DNA of 64,000 bases, taken from Felis catus. Taxonomy: Eukaryota. Of the stretch, positions 53,577 to 64,000 are shown one piece after another (position 1 is the stretch's first letter; every line of letters begins with the position of its first letter). The DNA is taken from the NCBI RefSeq assembly GCF_018350175.1, contig NC_058368.1, positions 232,440,001 to 232,504,000 on the forward strand, written 5' to 3'. The notes below the pieces were generated by a model. The model was not told the DNA's origin. It saw only the letters and a program-made list of their open reading frames with translations, and ran no database searches. A program made the position numbers and the translations under genes.

Positions 53577-53698
53577 TTCAGAACGTTTCAAAGCGGATGT
53601 TATTCACATAGCTTACATCTGTGCATCAACAAGAAACTGGTAGAAGGATTTGCAGATGTATTTAGCAATGACAAATTGCAGCTCAATGGCTGGTCCAT
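53577..53698 (-). pseudogene. JMJD1C-like pseudo-exon 3
   Basis: MDQPLSCNLS (cf. TFKPLVERNIPS), a frameshift, then QFLVDAQM*AM*ITSALKRSE vs EFLVDKQLDFLTEDSAFQPYQ in exact register. It is followed by ttaaat where a gtaaat donor is expected. Confidence 0.75.
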
Positions 53699-54389
53699 AC
53701 GGATTAGTGAAGAATACAAGTTTTGATCAATAAAAAGGGCAGAAGGTTAAAAGTCTGAAAGTCTGTAAATTAGAAGTTTGGTATCAGCTTTATTCTATAA
53801 TGGTGTCTGATTCCATTCTCATAATCTCCTAATTGTACTTTGAGGAGCACTTGAATTGGATAATAAAAAATGGATTATAAAAGTCACTTCAGATGTTCTT
53901 CTAGTTCATGGTTTAAAACAAGTACCTGGGAGCTAGGAAGTTACCAATGATTATCTTTCCCATGCACAGGCCTTAAATAATTCTCTTTTAGTTTCTATTT
54001 TCATTTTATAGGTTTGCTTTAACTATGCATCTTATAATGTAAGAGATTAAGTGATTTTTTTTCATTTAACCTTTCCGATATCATAGGAACTGCTGCTCTG
54101 GGATATGTTTTGTTTGTTATTATAGTAAATACTGTTCTGTGTATTGTGTACAGTTCTGTAGAATTTAATTTGTTTTCCACCTAAAATAATAAGAATAACC
54201 TGTGGCAGTCATAGTTCGATGTTCTTTGCTCATTTCAGTCTTTCAGAGCTACTTGCAAAGGAGTTACTTTGCACTCATCTTAAAGATTATATACAGCTTC
54301 AAGGATAAGTTGGAAGATGGAATTCAAGCTCTTAGAACTTGGGTGCTGATCTCAGCCTATCGACAACCATGGTTGTGGTTGGACAGTCC

Positions 54390-55362
54390 TTGTGGTTTTT
54401 ACCATGGTGAGATGCCCTCAGCAACAACCATCAGGAGACGCTGGGGGAAGAAATAGTTTAATACTCACGGGGCCCAGAAATTACACAACACACCTGGGGC
54501 AACACAGTGAGGGGGAGGGTAGAGAGTAGGAGAGAGACAGAGTGTAGGTCTGGGGGTTTGCTTTGATCAGTGTGGAAGGTGGAAGTCTAGGGTTTCTGCA
54601 GACTCATGTTGTTGTTGTTTTTTAAATTTTTAATGTTTATTTATTTATTTATTTATTTATTTATTAAATTTTTTTTAATTTTATTTATTTTTGAGAGAGA
54701 GAGACAGAGCATGAATGAGGGAGGGTCACAGAGAGAGAGGGAGGCACAGAATCGGAAGCAGGCTCCAGGCTCTGAGCCATCAGCCCAGAGCCCTATGCAG
54801 GGCTCGAACTCACGGACCGCGAGATTGTGACCTGAGCTGAAGTCAGACGCTTAACCGACTGAGCCACCCAGGTGCCCCGTAATGTTTATTTTTGAGAGAG
54901 AGAGCATAAGCAGGGGAGGGGCAGATAGCGGGGGAAACACAGAATCAGAAGCAGGGTTCAGGCTCCGAGCTGTCAGCACAGAGCCCGCCACGGAGCTTGA
55001 ACTCACAAACTGCGAGATCATGACCTGAGCCGAAATCGGATGCTTAACCGACTGAGCCACCCAGGTGCCCCAGACTCATGTTTTATTGGTGAATTTAAAT
55101 CGTAAGAGAGAAAATTAAAGCATGGGAAGACAAAAAAACAAGTGGGCAAAATTTCAGTTATGGAAATCAGCCAAGATGTCTAAAACAGAGGAGCCTGGGG
55201 GATCCAGGTGGTGGGGAGGGGGACTGCCCTGATCTTTATCTAGTCCTGTGCCTGGCAGTGTGTTTGTTCCAGACAGCCCTCTCTGAAGTCGATGCCTGGC
55301 AACCAAAGCTTCAGTCAGGTACTAACATTTCATTAGAGAAAAACCTGACTGTCTGGGTTTAC
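54390..55362. mobile_element. ERVL-type LTR (MER74/54-like) containing two nested CanSINEs (54643-54878 inside 54611-55070, both -)
   Basis: tg...ca ends, tagtttaatactcac motif; inner TSD taatgtttattt, outer TSD cagactcatgtt. Confidence 0.75.
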
Positions 55363-55409
55363 ACTCCAGAATTAAATCAGCTCCTTCCAGAAATCACTAC
55401 TAGAAGTAG

Positions 55410-55960
55410 TTTTATTTATCTTTATATATGTATGCATTTATGTACTTATGTATTTATTTATGTATTTATGTATTTATTTATTTATTTTAGAGAGAGAGAA
55501 TGGGGGGGGGGGGAGGTGTTGAGAGGCCGAGGGAGGGAGAGACAGAGAGAGAGAGAGAGAGAAAGAGAATCTCAAGCAGGCTCCATACTCAGCCCTAAGC
55601 CCCACATGGGGCTCTGTCCCACGACGCTGGGGTCATGACCTGAGCAGAAATCAAGAGTCAGAACGTTTAAATGATTGACTTCAGTAGAAGTCTTTCCTTA
55701 TGAAAAGTCATTTTTTTATGTTTGCTCTTTATTATTTTTTCTTAAACTTCTTTTAATATTTATTTATTTTTGAGAGAGAGTGACAGAGCATGAGCATGAG
55801 CAGGGAGGGACAGAGAGAGAGGGAAACACAGAATCCAAAGCAGGGTCCAGGCTCTGAGCTGTCAGCACAGAGCCCAACATGGGGCTCAGACCCACAAACC
55901 ATGAGATCATGACCTGAGCTGAAGTCAGATGCTTAACCGACTGAGCCACCCAGACGCCCC
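55410..55960 (-). mobile_element. Two CanSINEs (55410-55680, 55735-55960)
   Basis: Reverse-complement SINE bodies. Confidence 0.88.
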
Positions 55961-56460
55961 TTTATGTTTGTCTTTAATTATGGCAGCAGACCAGTGAGGC
56001 ACTTCCTGTATTTTTATATAATGTTCTCCTTCTCTCCCTCCCTCTCTCCTTCCTTCTCACCTTCCTTCTCTCTCTCCCCCCCCCCTTCCCTGTCTCTCTT
56101 TCCCCCTGCCCCCTTCTCTCTTCTTTCAGTTGGGCAGCATTCACTTTTCCTCTTGAAATTGGTTCCATGAGGAGACTGTGTGGATCCACATGGAATTTGA
56201 TGTTTATACACAAAGGCACGAGGCCCCTATGCAAAGGCAGCTACTCACTTTACTCACCTGGATGTGGGTACGAATAGAGAAAATGTTAAAAAAAAAAAAA
56301 ATCCCAATGGCAGCCATGCCAACTTGAGGGCAATTCAATGGAAACCTTCTCAGATTACCCATAAACAAAAAGTGTTTGAATGTTCTTTTTCTCTCTCAGT
56401 GCATTAAGAACTACCTTGCTTTAAATATTAATAATTGAAAGGAGCTGAGTGTTTTCCCCC

Positions 56461-56622
56461 TGAAGCTTTCCAAATAAAATTCATTGTTGGCTTGAAATCA
56501 GAGAAACTTTAGGCCGATGGCTATTTTTCCCCCACGAAGTTATAAGGGGGTAAGAACAAGAGTTTAGTATAAAAGTAACTCCTCAAACATAGCTAATTGT
56601 ATTTCATAGACTCTTCATGCAC
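56461..56622 (-). pseudogene. JMJD1C-like pseudo-exon 2
   Basis: Polypyrimidine tract plus AG (56623-56624), then one frame: VHEESMKYN*LCLRSYFYTKLLFLPPYNFVGEK*PSA*SFSDFKPTMNFIWKAS vs VYVEFDDLEWDKREWVKVYEDFSTFLVEYHLIWAKR...IQWPAL. 54 vs 55 codons, TGG>TAG at W10, donor lost. Confidence 0.75.
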
Positions 56623-59600
56623 CTTAGCAACAGAAAGCAGGCAGAAAATGAAACTACAAAGCACTCTAAGGGAGAAAATGGAGAATTTTTATTATAAGAT
56701 GAAAGTCTTCTCACTCAAACCCAGAAGTTAAATTTATTTGCTGATACATCTAAACGGAGGTCTACCTCTTTGTTCCAGAAATTACATACTTATACAATCT
56801 TATAAATTATAAATTATGTAAATGTAATTATATGGTATTTATATGTATTTCTGATGACAAAAAATAAAATGCCAATCAACGCAGAGAAAGTAACAGTCTC
56901 TTGTAAGCCATGTTCCCAGGTGCTTACACTCCCTCTGTCTTCATGATCTTCAATAAGATAATTTTTCTCATAGTGCTGTCATTACATATGGACCTAGCAG
57001 GGGCCTAGGATTATCCTTCATTGCGTAAGTGTACAAAATATTTTTTAATCAGTCTTTTCTGGAAAGATATTTAGGTTATTTCCAATTTTTGCTGTGAGGG
57101 AATATGTTGCAATGAAATCAGTTTGGAGCTACTATTAAGTGACTAGAAGTGCAATTTTTGAGTCCAAGTGTGAATGCATTTTTATCTTGGATGACTCTTC
57201 CCCTTTCAGTTTCCTTCCCATCTCCCCCCTCAACCTTACCAACCGCCCTCCCATCCCGGGCACCAGCCTTACAGTGATCTCAGTGGGGTCGGATGAAATG
57301 ACAAAAAAGGAATCGATCAGAAGCCCCAAAACTCTGTGTCTGAAGAAAGTGTCCTACACTTAGATAATTGGGGCAATTTCAGAGTGGGCGAAGATCAGGG
57401 GAAGCGAGGGAAGCTGTGGTGGGGAGTGAGATTGGAAGAGACCACAGGCATGAGCAGAAGGTAGGTTCTTCCGTGCTACGCCACCATATTGGACTTGACT
57501 CTGAGGTCTAAGGGGAGACTTTGCGGGAGTCTGTACTGCCAGGGACACGATCAAATCTGTGCAGTAGAGATATCACCATGGCAACAGTGTGGCCCAACAT
57601 TTGGGTGGGAGAAGATGAATGGCAGCAAGATGGAAGGAGTCTGTTACCATGAGAATTCCTGAGGGATGTAAATCGCCTTGAGGAGGTAGGAACTGAGGGG
57701 TGAGGAGACTAAGAGGTCTCGGGGGGAACACCTGTTGGCACGTAGAGGAGAAGGCTGGCCTACGAGCCCACAGAACAGACTGAATATAAAGTGAGGTAGT
57801 TTTAAGGCTCTAAGCTTCGGCTGTTGCACAGAAGCGGTACCTGAAATAGCATCCACCGCGTTGCCGTATGATGGTCCAGGCTGGCTCAAGTGTCCCCTCC
57901 CGTTGTCATGGAGGGCAGAGCACCCATGTTAACAGTCCCACCAGCAACCACAGAGGGGGAAGAAAGGCGTTCCTTTTGTGGAGATGGTCATGCTCTTCAT
58001 CCAAGATGGAGGGAGGAGATGCTGGGCGCACCCCACTGTTAAGCACTCAGTGGAGTGCAAAGCAGATCAGGTCTCGCACCACACCGATGCTTAGGCGGCA
58101 GAGACCGAACAAACACCACAACAAAATAGAGAACGTACAATGGGGGAGCTCAGAGGACACAAACCTTGAAAGAGAAAATATCAGCTCCTTACCTTGTGTA
58201 GAGCAGTAGAGCTTCATCGGGACAGGGTCTGGGACTCATTTCCTTGTCTATCTATTAATCCACATTAACAATTTATTACAGTGACACGTGGGAAGGTGGA
58301 GGCATTACCCATACGTGAAGATGGCAGGCATTTTGCACGCGTTCTCAGTAGATGGGTGGACTGAGTTGAATCACAAACTTGCTTTCTGAAGACAGATGTG
58401 TCCTTAAAGCCTGAAAACATAGATTAATATAGACACATCATCTAGGACATCATCAATATGAAAACTTATCTATAGTTCCAGACTTTATGGACACCCTGAG
58501 ATGCACTAAATAAACCATAACAAAAATGACCTTAATACATTAGCTCGCTTAAAAGCAAGGGAAATACCACGGTCAGGAAGTGTTAGGGAACTCAGGCAAG
58601 GTGGTGTAGGAACTGGATGCAGGCACACCAAGGATAAGATCCTAAATCTCATGGGGGGAAACGGGTTTTGCGGGCTTGAGTCCACCCAAGAAGGGGAACG
58701 AAAGCTGACTCACTGGCATACATCTGGGATCTTTCAATGCTATCCATCTAATTGTACAGCGAAAACCACCTCCCCAAAAGAGCTTGCTCTCTTCCTGTCC
58801 CTCCACGATAAGCAACCCACTCCCCTCTGGAAATTTAAACACCCTGAGAACAGGGTTGTTGACTCTGTTCCACTGCTGTATCCAGCACCTAAAGCAGTGT
58901 CTCGCACATCGTAGGTGCTCAGTAAATAGTTGAATTCTGAAAAACTCTCTTTCGAGCCCTTGCCATACAGAGCCGTAGAGTCTGAATTTGCATTGCCTGC
59001 ATGGGTCAACAATCAGCCTGAGACAGTACCATAAAAAGCAGTCCTGGACCGATGAAAACAGTAACTCTCGCAGAATCACGGTAAAAGCCCTCTGACTTGT
59101 TCACTTCTATGGAGCACACCTTTGTAAAAAATATCACCGCTAAATCCACATAAAGAATGAGATGTTAAGAGAGGAGGCATGGTTTGGGACAAAAGCCCCA
59201 AACCAGAAGGGGAGCACTGCTTGGGTTTTGTATTATGTACCTGGCTTAAAAGCCAGTAAGCAGGAAGTAAGGGACAGTGGAAGGCAAAGATACAATAGAC
59301 CTTTGGCTGAGGAAATGGGGTCAATGAAAGGAAGATGGGCAGGAAATTTACATCATATGGGGGCAGGAACAATCTGCAACATGAGAGAAGGGAGAAAAAG
59401 CTGAGTAATTACTAACTGGTCATCAAGGAGCTCACAGTCTGCTAGAAGAGTGGATCCTGAAGGTTAGTGGGATAGACAAGTCTCAGAAGCCCATAACACA
59501 GGGAACAGACACCTTACATAGGTGCCATCTTGGAAGATTTCCCTGAAGGAGTGTTTTTCAGCAGGCCACGGAGGAGTCACTTGCGTCTTGCCATGATAGG

Positions 59601-59923
59601 GAAGAAAGAACAGCCTGGAAAGTGGCTCATGTGTATTGGGACTTGGGTGGGGACACTAGGAAGGTGGTCTTATTCATCCTGGGTCTTCTCAAAATTTTCT
59701 GCCCAAATCCCTGATAGCAGTGGCACCTGAATGGCAGTGGGGACACTCCAAGGTTCTGACGATATAACCTAAGCTGTCCTCATGCCTAAGTGATCTCTCT
59801 TTCCAGTTCCATCTTTTATCACATCAGTTCATGTACACATGCCTTCTACTTGTTAGCATTCCTGGTATCCTTTTAATTTTAAAAGATGATGCTCTTAATA
59901 CTTGTAAGTTTAATTGCCTAACA

Positions 59924-60132
59924 TTTTTTTTAATGTTTATTCATTATTGAGAGATAGAGACTGAGCACGAGCAGGGGAGGGACAGATAGAGGGGGAGACA
60001 CAGAATCCAAAGCAGGCTCCAGGCTCTGAGCCGTCAGCACAGAGCCCGACGCGGGGCTCAAACTCACAGACCGTGAGATCATGACCTGAGCCAAAGTCGG
60101 TCGCCCAACCGACTGAGCCATCCAGGTGCCCC
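59924..60132 (-). mobile_element. CanSINE
   Basis: TSD tgcctaacatttt. Confidence 0.93.
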
Positions 60133-60959
60133 AAGTGCCTAACATTTTATCCAAAACTTTGAGAGCCATCAGTGCTCCAGCATAATAAACCATGCTTACC
60201 CCAAGGCTGCCGGCCACCTCACTGTACTCTTGGACTCAGATGCCCCAGTTGGGTGATGACATTTTCAGCACCATTTCCTTTCTCCTCCATCAGCCCCCAA
60301 ACTGTGGCAACATATTAAAGTCAGGCTGATTGTATGTGGACCAACTGGGGCATGAGTGCAACAGAGTCAACTGGAGAAAGGGTTGGTTTAGTGAGAACTG
60401 GTTCTGTAATTCAGACCAAACTACCATTTTGTCTTCCTTGGGGAGGTAAAGGAAGGTTGCCCACCTCGTTTACGTACTTATTCTGAAATGAATTGATATT
60501 GTGGTCCATCTACAAAAAAGCTGCTATCTTTTTAATGAGACTCCATCTCTTAGTGTGAAACGTTCCCAGGCAGAGAAGGAAATGCCTCTAGTAGATGAGA
60601 AGTCTAAGCTTCTTGTGATGATGACAGGTGCACTCGTCTCTATTCGGAGGCAAACGGGACAAATGGTTTTGATTCGTGGGGAATGATACACTTAGCGACT
60701 ATTTTTAACAATACGTGACAAATCGGGTTTGAAAACCCTGAGATAATGCCTCTGAATTCAAAACTTAAGGAAAACATTAGGTATATCCGAGTACCCAGCC
60801 GACAGTCATCACAGCGGTATTTTGATTGAAAGATTAAGAAAATTACTTGTTACTGCCTACGCAAGCGATACAGTGAAGAGACATGAGACACTTGGATGAT
60901 TCTGGAGTCCCATTTGGTCTCTTGCTTCCTGCCTTCATTTATTACAAAATAACCCCCAA

Positions 60960-62640
60960 GCCTTCAAAACCTTCACTGAACATCTGCTTTACGCCAAGGG
61001 CAACTGCAAGGTATTGGTGGAAACAGCAATTAATTCCTTCAAATATGTTTTGAGTTTCTGGACGTCAGACACTGTCCAACTCCATCAAAGAGAACGGAGC
61101 CATTTTTCACGTACTCTAATTCCACTTGGGAGAGGTGGCCCAGAAGTAGCAAATTCTCAATAATCATGCCGGTAATGATGACAAGAATGAGAATTCCCAT
61201 CGGGTTATATGACGCCGTGGCCCCTTTACAGCGTGTGGACAGAGAAAATTTCTCCGAAGAATAATATTTCAATTGGGACGTGAGTAACAGGAAGGGGCCA
61301 GCTATGTAGAGATCAGGCAGAGACAACAGTTATTTCCGAAGCCCTAAGAATGGGCTCTTTGAGAAGAAAAAGAAGGTTCCTGTGGCCGATGGCCGTGGGA
61401 GAGGGGCGAGTGCTAGGGCCGCAGATGGAGTGCAGAACCAGACGTGCGGGTCCTTGATAAGCCAGGGAGTGGCATTTACCCAAACTGGGCTCGATATTCC
61501 GTGGAGGGTTTTAAGGGGCAACACGATAGGATCCGATTTGCCCTTTCAAAAGGTCCCGCTGCTGCGTGAAACATGGGATGCGGAACAGGAGGCCCAGAGT
61601 GGATGCTCGGGCGGGGGGAAGACGATGCCTACGTGGGAAGTGGCTGCCGCAGCGGGGGAGTGTGGCAGGGTCCAGGGGGTCTATCGGAGCTGGTGTCCAT
61701 CAGCCGTCCTCGTGGAGGAATCCAGGCCGCGAATAGGGCAGGAAGCTACCCTCCCTCCTGCTTTCCTACAGCACTTTAGCTTTCTTTTCCCTCCTCCCCC
61801 TGCCCCACCTGGCACACATTCAAGTCTGCTCCCCACAGACCTTCCCACCTCAGCTGCGAACACCAAAAGGCCAGTTGCTCTGGCCTGACACCCCAGCCGT
61901 CCTGGGTTCTTTCCAGCGCCCCATCACACCTGCTTCGGCGGCACCTGTAGTTGGCTCTGCGTTTGGAATGTGTCCATCATGCATCCACTCGTCACACTGC
62001 AAATGCTCATGACTTGGTCCAGGCCAGCAGCCTGTGGGGCCTGGGTCTCTTCCAGCATCCTCAAGTCTCCGCGCAACTCCATTCTTGCCTCCCTGAGACC
62101 CACTGTCAGTCCAGAAGGAAGCACTACCTCCCTAAACTGCAAATGGAAACGGAGGCACCGCGATGATCCCACCCTGCCAGTCGAATAGGAGGCAGACCTT
62201 TTTGCACCGTCTAACAGGACTCACACGGGCTTGCCTCCGTCTCCCTTCCTGATGCTTTGGATGCCACCCTGCCTTCACCGGCCAGTGCTGCCGGCTTCCT
62301 TTCTGCCTTACATCATGCCAAATTCCTTCCCATCTAAGGGCTTTTGCACTCGCCGTTCCTTGCAAACAAATGCTTTTCCTCCAAGTATGCCCCAAATATC
62401 CACACTGGTGACTTCTCTCATGATTCATGTCGCGGCTCAAGCGCCCCGCTTTCTCATGGGTTTGCCTGAATCACCCTGCGGAAACGTTTCCCTGTGCCAC
62501 TACGTAATTTTGGTTGCTGAAGTGAGTGCATCTTTGGGACTCCTATTCTTCGCTCGACCAGGGAGCTGCCTCTATTAACTTTCCCACGAGAACGTTGTAG
62601 AATCGCAATACAGACAGTAGCTCTTGAATGATTATAAGGG
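60960..62640. mobile_element. L2 and MIR fragments, unusually CpG-rich
   Basis: L2 motifs (ggagggttttaagggg...gatccgatttgccctttcaaaagg; aagggcttttgcactcgccgttcct); MIR-like aaatggaaacggaggcac. Confidence 0.65.
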
Positions 62641-63299
62641 ATTTACTCAGAATCATCCTAGATGTCTCTAATGCGTAGCTTGTCTCTTCTTCTAGAGTAA
62701 TAGTCCAAGGACAGATACTTGAGAAGACCAGGGGTTCAGAGCGGTCAAATTAAAGCCTGGTTAAAGCAGTCAAGTTAAAGTCTCGTGCTTAACTTGCAAA
62801 ACATAGTTTTCTGATTTTCTTTAACCTTGGGTTGATGAACTGAGTATTTTAACGCAGGTTCTGTCCCTCACAGACAATGTCGTCACCCCCTCCCTGACGG
62901 TGCTTTATTCTATTTTTTCTCGGTAACGTGGCTATCTGGTGCGCTGGACGGGAAGGATTGAGTGAGGTTGTCTACAGGTGGAGAGTGTCTGCTTCTAGAG
63001 AAATGGGGAAAAGTCCCGGTGGGGGATGGGGTGGGGACCAGACCTTCAGCAGGGTTTTCCAGACAGCGACACGAGGCAGTAAGAAGGGCCCCGACTTTGG
63101 GATCAGATGCATCTTGATGGGGGTCCCGCCGGCTGTGGGCTCTGAGCTGAATGACCTTGGACAAGCTGGTCCAAGAATCTCTTTTCCTTTATGGTCAGAG
63201 GCAGATAATAAAGTTCAGGTCTCAGGACGGCAGTGGGGGGTAGAGGCGCAATCATACCCAGTGTCTTTCACTTTCTGGAACCTGGTAGAACTAAGGTAA

Positions 63300-63900
63300 C
63301 GCTAACTCTCTTTTCTTTCCTGCGGGGCAGACCCGTCGCCTGGCTTGTGCGGAACAGGAACTGCGGGAGGCTGGCCGACGGGTCCGCAGTCAGGGTGCAG
63401 CTGTCACAACTGCGGTGCGAAAGCCAGGGTGGCTCCCTGGGGAAGGCAGGCCCCTGACACGGGGACCCCGGGGGCGGTGCGGAGACTGTGGCCCGGTCGG
63501 CTCCGACCCTGCACCGCCTCTTTCCACGATCCTCGATCCTCGGGTGGATCCCAGTGGTCGGGGCTGACCTTAGGTCACGGGAGGCAGGAGTCCAGGCCTG
63601 GTTGTCAGGCCCTCGCCGCTGGTCACTGCGCAGACCCAGCGCAAAGAGCGGCCCGAGGCCCGTGCTGGTGCGTGTGAGGGACGCTGCAGGTTGTCAGCGC
63701 CGCCGCGATCCTTGTGACTCTCTGCAGGTGGGAGACGCCAAGGCCTTGGCTCAGGGATCAGGCAGGTGCCTGGGGTGGGGGGAGGGTGTAGCTGCGCCCT
63801 GGGTCCCTGCGTGGGCGGGGCCGCCCGAGGACCCTCCTCCCGCCCCCGCCCCTCAGCCTGGGGACCCTGAGCCCCGCTTCCCCTTCGTGGCTGCACCTGC
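63300..63900. promoter_or_regulatory. CpG island / promoter-like region over pseudo-exon 1
   Basis: High GC and CpG density; tandem GC boxes (cccgcccccgcccc, ~63838-63852) just upstream of the fossil start codon on the minus strand. Confidence 0.7.
63455..63741 (-). pseudogene. JMJD1C-like pseudo-exon 1
   Basis: gccTTGGCG at 63741 (Kozak-like, ATG>TTG) reads (L)ASPTCRESQGSRRR* vs MAVETRAELVGKRFLC in register. The same frame from codon 72 reads RGKRRCRVGADRATVS, then HR after +1 nt, vs RGWRSWRAGVIRAVSHR. The 3' boundary is approximate. Confidence 0.75.
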
Positions 63901-64000
63901 CTTGTGTTTCTAAGATTCCTGATCCCAGTCGGAATGTGACAGTTGTCCCCTTTTTTAAAATACAGAACTTTAGCTGAAGCTCTCAAAGGATCCTTTTTTG

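Larger units (their letters stand above)
1..63741 (-). pseudogene. Decayed multi-exon JMJD1C-like (KDM3/JMJD1 family) unprocessed pseudogene, 5' portion; runs off the left edge
   Basis: At least seven minus-strand segments match recalled human JMJD1C peptides in collinear order (63.7, 56.6, 53.7, 53.4, 43.9, 36.5, ~1 kb). Several start or stop where JMJD1C exons do. All have stops, indels or mutated splice sites. Confidence 0.8.

Noticed and set aside
1..64000. Possibility that this is the functional cat JMJD1C, KDM3A, KDM3B or HR gene, or that SINE heads are tRNA genes
   Set aside because: Every exon-like segment is far too divergent and disabled for these conserved genes; the tRNA-like parts are SINE heads. 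No CRISPR, rRNA or other prokaryotic features were seen.

Overview
Mammalian genomic DNA from a felid, most likely domestic cat, judged from about 28 tRNA-derived CanSINE/SINEC_Fc copies. It also holds old L1, L2, MIR, MaLR/ERV LTR and Tigger/MER fragments and two CpG islands (~26.3-27.75 kb, ~63.3-63.9 kb). I find no intact protein-coding gene; the ORF track is mostly SINE/LINE or GC-rich noise. Manual minus-strand translation shows an ordered series of decayed, intron-separated segments resembling JMJD1C (KDM3/JMJD1 histone demethylase family): exon 1 in the right CpG island (ATG changed to TTG), exons 2-5 at 56.5, 53.6, 53.4 and 43.9 kb, a KRRKPED block at 36.5 kb and the SAD-GLL/RPL/MEP/AK.D region at 0.3-1.4 kb. 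All carry stops, frameshifts or broken splice sites. The window therefore appears to be the 5' part of an old, unprocessed JMJD1C-like pseudogene that continues past the left edge. These alignments were made by eye against a JMJD1C sequence recalled from memory and need tBLASTn/exonerate confirmation. Repeat family names and boundaries are approximate.
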